Assembly (NCBI GenBank): GCA_046861385.1
Contig: JBHHTW010000007.1
Coordinates: 1 to 64,000 of the forward strand
Reading direction: 5' to 3'
Source of the DNA: Fidelibacterota bacterium
Lineage (GTDB): Bacteria > Fidelibacterota > Marinisomatia > Marinisomatales > TCS55
Length of the DNA stretch: 64,000 nt
Shown here: one piece after another, positions 58,341-64,000 of the stretch
Layout: the number at the start of each line of letters is the position of its first letter
Numbering within the stretch: position 1 is the first letter of the stretch
Program-made: the position numbers and the translations under genes
The notes under the pieces: model-generated
Seen by the model: the letters and a program-made list of their open reading frames with translations, nothing else
Databases searched by the model: none
What the model was told of the DNA's origin: nothing

Positions 58341-60210
58341 TAGTGCGAATAATTTTGATGTTGTTGTTGTGGGGGCGGGCCACGCCGGAATCGAAGCAGC
58401 GCTTGCCGCCTCCCGGCTTGGTGTTACTGTTGGGCTTATCACAATCGATCCCTTGGTTCTCGGCAGAATGTCTTGTAATCCTGCCATCGGTGGCTTGGCA
58501 AAGGGCCAAATGGTTCGGGAGGTTGATGTCCTTGGGGGCGTTATGGGTATCGCGGCTGATAACACAGGCCTTCAGTTCAAAATGCTCAACAAATCAAAAG
58601 GAATGGCTGTCTGGTCTCCCCGGGCCCAAGTAGACAAAAGAGCTTATGAAAAATTTGTCAATAATATAATTAATCGCAATTCAAACATTTCTCTTATTAA
58701 GGGCGATGTTACAAAATTAATTATTAACCATTATTCTGTCTCCAAAGTTGTTTTAAGAAATGGTGTTGAACTTTCAGCAAAGTCGATTGTTTTAACCTGC
58801 GGTACCTTTTTAAATGGTTTAATTCATGTGGGCGAACGAAAAATTCATGCTGGACGAATGGGCGAATCTGGATCGGTTGGAATATCGGAGTTCCTTGTTT
58901 CACATGGATTTATAAAAGGCCGTCTTAAAACAGGAACCCCGCCCAGGATAATTGCAAATAGCGTTAACTGGAAAAAATTATCCCTTTCAATTGGAGACGA
59001 CAACCCAACCCCTTTTTCATACAGAACGTCTGCATTCAACCCTCCAAACGTTCCATGTCATATTGCTCAAACCAACGAGGTTTGTCATGAAATAGTCCGT
59101 AGGGACATATTGTCGTCTCCCATGTTTTCTGGAGATGTCTCTGGTGTGGGCCCGCGCTATTGTCCGTCTATCGAAGATAAAATTCACCGTTTTTCATCTC
59201 GCAATTCTCACTCTCTATTTTTGGAGCCGGAGTGGATGAATTCAAATCAGATCTATGTTAACGGATTTTCCACCAGCCTGCCTGAAAAAACCCAATTAAA
59301 TGCACTTAAAAAAATTCATGGATTGGAAAAAGTAAAATTGTTTCGCCCCGGTTATGCAATTGAATATGATTTTTTTCCTTCTTCACAACTAAAAAAATCT
59401 TTAGAAACAAAAAACGTTTCCGGATTGTTTTTTGCTGGCCAAATTAACGGCACCTCTGGATACGAAGAGGCCGCCGCACAAGGTCTTGTAGCAGGCGCCA
59501 ATGCCGCAAGGAGCGTATTAAACAAAGAACCATTATTGCTTTCAAGGTCGGATGCATATATTGGTGTGCTTATTGATGATCTTATTACAAAAGAAACCGA
59601 CGAGCCCTATCGCATGTTTACATCAAGAGCAGAGTACCGAATATTAATTCGTTATTCTAGTGCGGCGAAGCGGCTGGCAAAAAAATCTTTTGAATTTGGA
59701 TTAATAACCCATAAAACATTTGAAACAATTTCCTCTTTATTAGAAATAACTAAACAAGCCTTGACTGCCCTCGAGACTTCTATAACGCCGTCTGAAATTA
59801 ACCACCTCCTTTCAACGTTGGGAGAAAGCGTGTTAAAACAAAAATCGTCTGCCTATGATATCTTGAAAAGACCCTCTGTGAACATCAACCATCTTCCTAA
59901 TCGTTTATTTAAGAAAATAAAAATAAAAAACGCTCCTGTTTATTTTGTTAATGAAATGATGAGGGAGGCAGAGATTTCAATTAAATATAAGGGTTATATT
60001 GATCGGCAGCTTCGGGAAATTCTTACGCTAAAGTCTCAAGAGGCAAAGATAATACCGCCAGGGTTTAATTATTCAACCTTAAAAAACATGTCAAATGAGG
60101 CGCGAGAAAAACTTTCATTTGTTCGCCCGGAAACCCTTGGGCAGGCGATCCGGGTCTCTGGCGTATCTCCAGCAGACGCAGCTGTTTTAGCTGTCCATCT
60201 TCACAGATAG
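58333..60210 (+). CDS. mnmG: tRNA uridine 5-carboxymethylaminomethyl modification enzyme MnmG (GidA)
   Basis: GAGHAGIEAA, MSCNPAIGG, GPRYCPSIEDK, AGQINGTSGYEEAAAQG. Confidence 0.97.
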   Translation: MKHSANNFDVVVVGAGHAGIEAALAASRLGVTVGLITIDPLVLGRMSCNPAIGGLAKGQMVREVDVLGGVMGIAADNTGLQFKMLNKSKGMAVWSPRAQVDKRAYEKFVNNIINRNSNISLIKGDVTKLIINHYSVSKVVLRNGVELSAKSIVLTCGTFLNGLIHVGERKIHAGRMGESGSVGISEFLVSHGFIKGRLKTGTPPRIIANSVNWKKLSLSIGDDNPTPFSYRTSAFNPPNVPCHIAQTNEVCHEIVRRDILSSPMFSGDVSGVGPRYCPSIEDKIHRFSSRNSHSLFLEPEWMNSNQIYVNGFSTSLPEKTQLNALKKIHGLEKVKLFRPGYAIEYDFFPSSQLKKSLETKNVSGLFFAGQINGTSGYEEAAAQGLVAGANAARSVLNKEPLLLSRSDAYIGVLIDDLITKETDEPYRMFTSRAEYRILIRYSSAAKRLAKKSFEFGLITHKTFETISSLLEITKQALTALETSITPSEINHLLSTLGESVLKQKSSAYDILKRPSVNINHLPNRLFKKIKIKNAPVYFVNEMMREAEISIKYKGYIDRQLREILTLKSQEAKIIPPGFNYSTLKNMSNEAREKLSFVRPETLGQAIRVSGVSPADAAVLAVHLHR

Positions 60211-60214
60211 TATT

Positions 60215-63200
60215 ATGACCGTTTCACGTGAAAACAATTCAGCCTGGGACGTGCTTATTGAAACCGTTTCTTCTTCTGAATATTTTCGTTATCTTTTCTC
60301 TAAGAAGCCTGTTGCTTTAAAATCTCTTCCTGATGGTTTTTTATCATTACTCCTCTCTGCGTATGTAACGAAGAAGAAGGGCGCTGTTATTGTTATCGCT
60401 GATGATCTTGATTCTGAAAATTTTTATTTAACACTGTCTGACTTATTGCCCGATTTAATTCATTATGCCCCGAAGAAACAAGCTGTGACAGATGCGTCCT
60501 CCGTCTTTATTACTGAGGATGAAAAGCAATTTGCAGATGCATATAATTTTCTTGAAACAGGGGGTCGCGGTCTGCTTGTTGTTGCAAAATCTGCCTTGGG
60601 GCGCCAGGTTCGGTCTCCCTTTGAAAAAAACAATATGGAATATCTCCTCGAAACAAACAGCAAATCCAACATCGCCGCTTTATTGCGATCGTTGTCTGTG
60701 TGGGGGTATGAAAAAAAGACGGAAACCGTTACGCCAAAAACATTTTGCGTTCGGGGAGGAATTCTTGATATATACCCTTTGTACTCCAAATACCCTGTAA
60801 GAATTGAAACGTTCGGAGACCTTGTAGAGTCTGTGCGGTTGTTTAACCCGGTGTCTCAGCTTTCGATAAAAACTATTAATGATTTTAAAATTGTTGCTCC
60901 ATCAGGCTTCTTTTCGAATAATATGGTTTCATTACAGGTTCTTTTTAAGGGCATTGAAGACGTCTTTTATTTAAAGCGCAGTGAAAAGGTTTTTCGTATA
61001 TCCAACTCAACTAACGCTGTTGTTAAAGAAATCAAATTCAACGGTTCCTGTGTTGATAAAAACGCTCCGGCTAGAAAAAGCAAAAAAACATATGTGTTTA
61101 CATCAAAAAAATCTATTGGAAAAAAATTAAAAATGTCTCTTGGTGGTTTTTTAATTATTGAAAAACCTCTGCCCTCAGGCTTCTTTTCCAATGATTTAAA
61201 TCTCGTTGTATATGGATATACCGATCTGAATATTCAGAGGCCTTCGTCAGGGGGCGATTTGTCATTAACGCCAGAAACAAATGAAAGATTTACTTTGTCT
61301 AATATTGAATGGGGAGATCTTGTTGTACATGAAAACTATGGGATCGGGCTATACCGTGGACTGGCGAAAAAAACAGACGTCGACAATCAACAGGATTTTA
61401 TTGCAATCGAATATGCAGATGGGGGAATTGTTAATGTTCCAGTAGATAGATTTGATATTGTACATAAATATATTTCTGCTCATAAGGATTCTATAAAACT
61501 ATCGCGCCTTGGCTCAAAACTCTGGTCAAAGCAAAAATCTATCATTCACAAATCGGCAGAATTAATTGTTGACGATCTTGTAGCAATATACTCGTCGAAA
61601 CAAGCTAAAAGATCCTTTTCCTATTCTTCTGATAATGAACTTGTAGAGTTGTTAGCCGGGAGCTTTCCGTTTGAAGAAACGCCCGATCAACAAAAAGCGA
61701 TTCATGACGTTCTTGAAGACCTGGACAAAGCTTCTCCAATGGATAGGGTTATTTTTGGTGATGTCGGTTTTGGAAAAACAGAAGTGGCTCTTCGGGGCGC
61801 CATAAAAGCAATTGCCGGCGGTAGACAGGTTTTTTTTCTGGCGCCTACAACCCTTCTTGCAGATCAACATTATATAACGTGTGAAAATCGCTTGAGCGAA
61901 TTGGGCGTAAACGTTGCCTTACTTTCCAGATTTCAAACCAAAAAAGAACAATTAGAAATCATTAATCAGATTGAAACAAAGAAAGTTGATATTATCGTGG
62001 GAACACATCGGTTATTATCGGATGATATTGTAGTTAATAATCTCGGGTTATTAATCATTGACGAAGAACACCGGTTTGGAGTTAAACATAAAGAACGAAT
62101 CAGAATCTTAAAACAAGACGTTGATGTTCTTACATTAACGGCAACACCTATCCCTCGTACGCTACAGCAGTCTCTTTTTGGTGTGCGAAACGTAAGCCGC
62201 ATAAACACCCCTCCCATGGAACGTTTACCCATAAAAACAATAATAGGGTATTTTAATTGGAAAAAAATAAAAGAACAGGTTGGGCGAGAATTGCGTCGCG
62301 GCGGCCAAATATATTTTTTACATAATGATATTAATTCTATTCCATTTGTCGTTGATAAATTACGCGATCTTTTTCCAAACCATTCCTCTGTGGGAGCGCA
62401 TGGTTCTATACCAAGTAAAAACCTTGAAAAAATCATCCTATCCTTTTTCTATGGTGAAATTGATATTCTTGTGTGCACGACAATTATAGAATCTGGATTA
62501 GACGTTACAAGAGCAAACACAATTATTATTAATAATGCACACCGATTTGGCATTGCTCAGCTTTATCAAATTAGAGGTCGCGTTGGACGTGGAAACGTTC
62601 AGGCTTACTGCTGGCTGCTAATTCCACACAAAACGCTTAAGAAAGAGGCATATGAGCGATTGCGGGCAATCGAACATTTTTCTGCACTTGGATCAGGATA
62701 TCAAATCGCCTTAAAAGATTTAGAGATCCGAGGAGCGGGGAACCTTTTTGGCTATGAACAAAGTGGAAATATAGGAAAAGTAGGTTTTCACCTATACTGT
62801 AAAATATTGAATAAAGCTCTTGATGAAAAATTGAAAGGTTCGGGCTTTAAAAAAGTCACGCGCCCAACGGTCTCAATTAAAAGAGGCGCTTTTTTTTCGG
62901 AGGAATATATCCCTATAGTTCAAGATAGGATTTACTATTACCAGAGGTTGGCGTCTGCAGTAAATACTGATGAGGTTTTTGCGGTAAAATATGAAGTTTT
63001 AGATCGTTATGGTAAAATGAGTGAAGAGGCCGATAATGTGATAAATGCAGCTTATCTTCGGGAACTATTTTTGAATTTAGGTGTGGAAAAAATATTATTA
63101 GATACTCGCCTGGTGAGATTCGACTTTTCAAATCAACCCGCCGGCGGTGGAATCAATTTTTCAGAACTATATAATGACCTTTTATCACGAAAATGGAATT

Positions 63201-63319
63201 GCTCGTTTAAGGAACACAATAAAGGCTTCTCGTTGGTCGTCAACACAGATTCTTTGATAAAATCCATATCATTTGCTAAAGAAATTAACAAGCTGTTGAA
63301 AGCTAATTTTTCAGGGTAA
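60215..63319 (+). CDS. mfd: Transcription-repair coupling factor Mfd
   Basis: RGGILDIYP, GD.VVH..YGIG.Y, GDVGFGKTEVA, IIDEEHRFG, QIRGRVGR, DLEIRGAGN. Confidence 0.94.
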   Translation: MTVSRENNSAWDVLIETVSSSEYFRYLFSKKPVALKSLPDGFLSLLLSAYVTKKKGAVIVIADDLDSENFYLTLSDLLPDLIHYAPKKQAVTDASSVFITEDEKQFADAYNFLETGGRGLLVVAKSALGRQVRSPFEKNNMEYLLETNSKSNIAALLRSLSVWGYEKKTETVTPKTFCVRGGILDIYPLYSKYPVRIETFGDLVESVRLFNPVSQLSIKTINDFKIVAPSGFFSNNMVSLQVLFKGIEDVFYLKRSEKVFRISNSTNAVVKEIKFNGSCVDKNAPARKSKKTYVFTSKKSIGKKLKMSLGGFLIIEKPLPSGFFSNDLNLVVYGYTDLNIQRPSSGGDLSLTPETNERFTLSNIEWGDLVVHENYGIGLYRGLAKKTDVDNQQDFIAIEYADGGIVNVPVDRFDIVHKYISAHKDSIKLSRLGSKLWSKQKSIIHKSAELIVDDLVAIYSSKQAKRSFSYSSDNELVELLAGSFPFEETPDQQKAIHDVLEDLDKASPMDRVIFGDVGFGKTEVALRGAIKAIAGGRQVFFLAPTTLLADQHYITCENRLSELGVNVALLSRFQTKKEQLEIINQIETKKVDIIVGTHRLLSDDIVVNNLGLLIIDEEHRFGVKHKERIRILKQDVDVLTLTATPIPRTLQQSLFGVRNVSRINTPPMERLPIKTIIGYFNWKKIKEQVGRELRRGGQIYFLHNDINSIPFVVDKLRDLFPNHSSVGAHGSIPSKNLEKIILSFFYGEIDILVCTTIIESGLDVTRANTIIINNAHRFGIAQLYQIRGRVGRGNVQAYCWLLIPHKTLKKEAYERLRAIEHFSALGSGYQIALKDLEIRGAGNLFGYEQSGNIGKVGFHLYCKILNKALDEKLKGSGFKKVTRPTVSIKRGAFFSEEYIPIVQDRIYYYQRLASAVNTDEVFAVKYEVLDRYGKMSEEADNVINAAYLRELFLNLGVEKILLDTRLVRFDFSNQPAGGGINFSELYNDLLSRKWNCSFKEHNKGFSLVVNTDSLIKSISFAKEINKLLKANFSG
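60220..60235. promoter_or_regulatory. Second, degenerate parS site
   Basis: CGTTTCACGTGAAAAC with the 12-bp core palindrome TTTCACGTGAAA, inside the first codons of mfd. Confidence 0.65.
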
Positions 63320-63329
63320 CTTTTTTATT

Positions 63330-64000
63330 ATGAAAAGGTATATTTTTCTTTTGATGGTGCTTTTTTTTGCTTCTTGTGATAAAAAAGATTCGGGCAATTC
63401 ATTGGCTTCTGTTGGAAACGCGCAGCTTGCAGAAGATTTTGTTTTACGCGCTGTTGAGTCTGGCGAAGGTTCTGTCTCTGATATTGTAAACCAATGGATA
63501 GAAGAAGAGATATTATTTCAAAACGCTCTCTCTTCAGGGTTTCTGGTAGATACTCCATTTCTTTCTAATCTTGAAAAGAAATTGGCGGGTCAGATGTTTT
63601 TACAGCGCCTCGCAGGAGAGAAAATTGTTGTTTCTAATGCAGATATCAACGAGTATTATGAAAAAAATAAGTTTGGCTTCATTCGAAAAAATAAAAGCGC
63701 TCGTGTATATCATTTATTATTCCCATCAAAAGAAGAAAGCAAAAAAGCTGTTAATGTCTTGAAATCAAATAAAAAAGACGAAGAAAAAAATCAACTTATA
63801 AATAGACACAAGGCTCAACCCGTCGTTGTAATTGATGGCGGTTTGATCAAGGAATTAAATAATCCTCTTTTTTCCTCTCGTTATAAAAAAAGAGTAATTG
63901 GACCGATAAAAAGTGCCCACGGTTACCACGTCTTATTTGTTTTGGAACGGTTTAAAGAAAATTCTTTTATACCGTTGGAAGAACTTTACGATGAAATATA
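63330..64000 (+). CDS. PpiC-type peptidylprolyl isomerase-like lipoprotein (partial, runs off the window; absent from ORF track)
   Basis: Open frame MKRYIFLLMVLFFASCDKK...QWIEEEILFQ.A...GPIKSAHGYHV. Confidence 0.75.
   Translation, partial: MKRYIFLLMVLFFASCDKKDSGNSLASVGNAQLAEDFVLRAVESGEGSVSDIVNQWIEEEILFQNALSSGFLVDTPFLSNLEKKLAGQMFLQRLAGEKIVVSNADINEYYEKNKFGFIRKNKSARVYHLLFPSKEESKKAVNVLKSNKKDEEKNQLINRHKAQPVVVIDGGLIKELNNPLFSSRYKKRVIGPIKSAHGYHVLFVLERFKENSFIPLEELYDEI

Noticed and set aside
1-64000. CRISPR arrays, rRNA, intact transposases/integrases, prophage genes
   Set aside because: No regularly spaced repeats or such genes were seen.

Overview
AT-rich bacterial chromosome segment, probably FCB group (Marinimicrobia/Calditrichota/Ignavibacteria-like; inferred from gene content only). 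It includes the probable replication-origin region: dnaA on the - strand, rpmH-yidD-yidC-mnmE-mnmG-mfd on the + strand, DnaA boxes and two parS-like sites. From left to right it holds a small decayed island between convergent tRNA-Val(CAC) and tRNA-Thr(CGT), containing an intact TonB-dependent receptor (TBDR) and pseudogenes; an mgtE/GT2/aroQ-like/M23 cluster; and a large envelope locus (TBDR, giant T9SS-CTD-like protein, PorV-like barrel, second CTD protein, PPIase). These are followed by a second TBDR with a beta-helix lipoprotein, a TetR/LolA-like/OM protein/MMPL operon, an asnB region, a MarR-DoxX-YceI-pirin operon, and pyk-ppdK. The main observations missing from the ORF track are: (1) an Asn-rich 24-aa leader peptide with competing terminator/antiterminator directly upstream of asnB, i.e. 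an apparent asparagine-sensing ribosome-dependent attenuator; (2) an arsenate reductase whose catalytic Cys12 codon is an in-frame UGA (probable selenoprotein); (3) a LexA-like gene lacking the autocleavage residues, lying between dnaA and ssb; (4) a catalytically degenerate type II dehydroquinase; (5) no rnpA between rpmH and yidD; (6) dispersed palindromic repeats, one interrupting a duplicated tRNA 3' end. All family assignments are from motif recognition by eye, not database searches.
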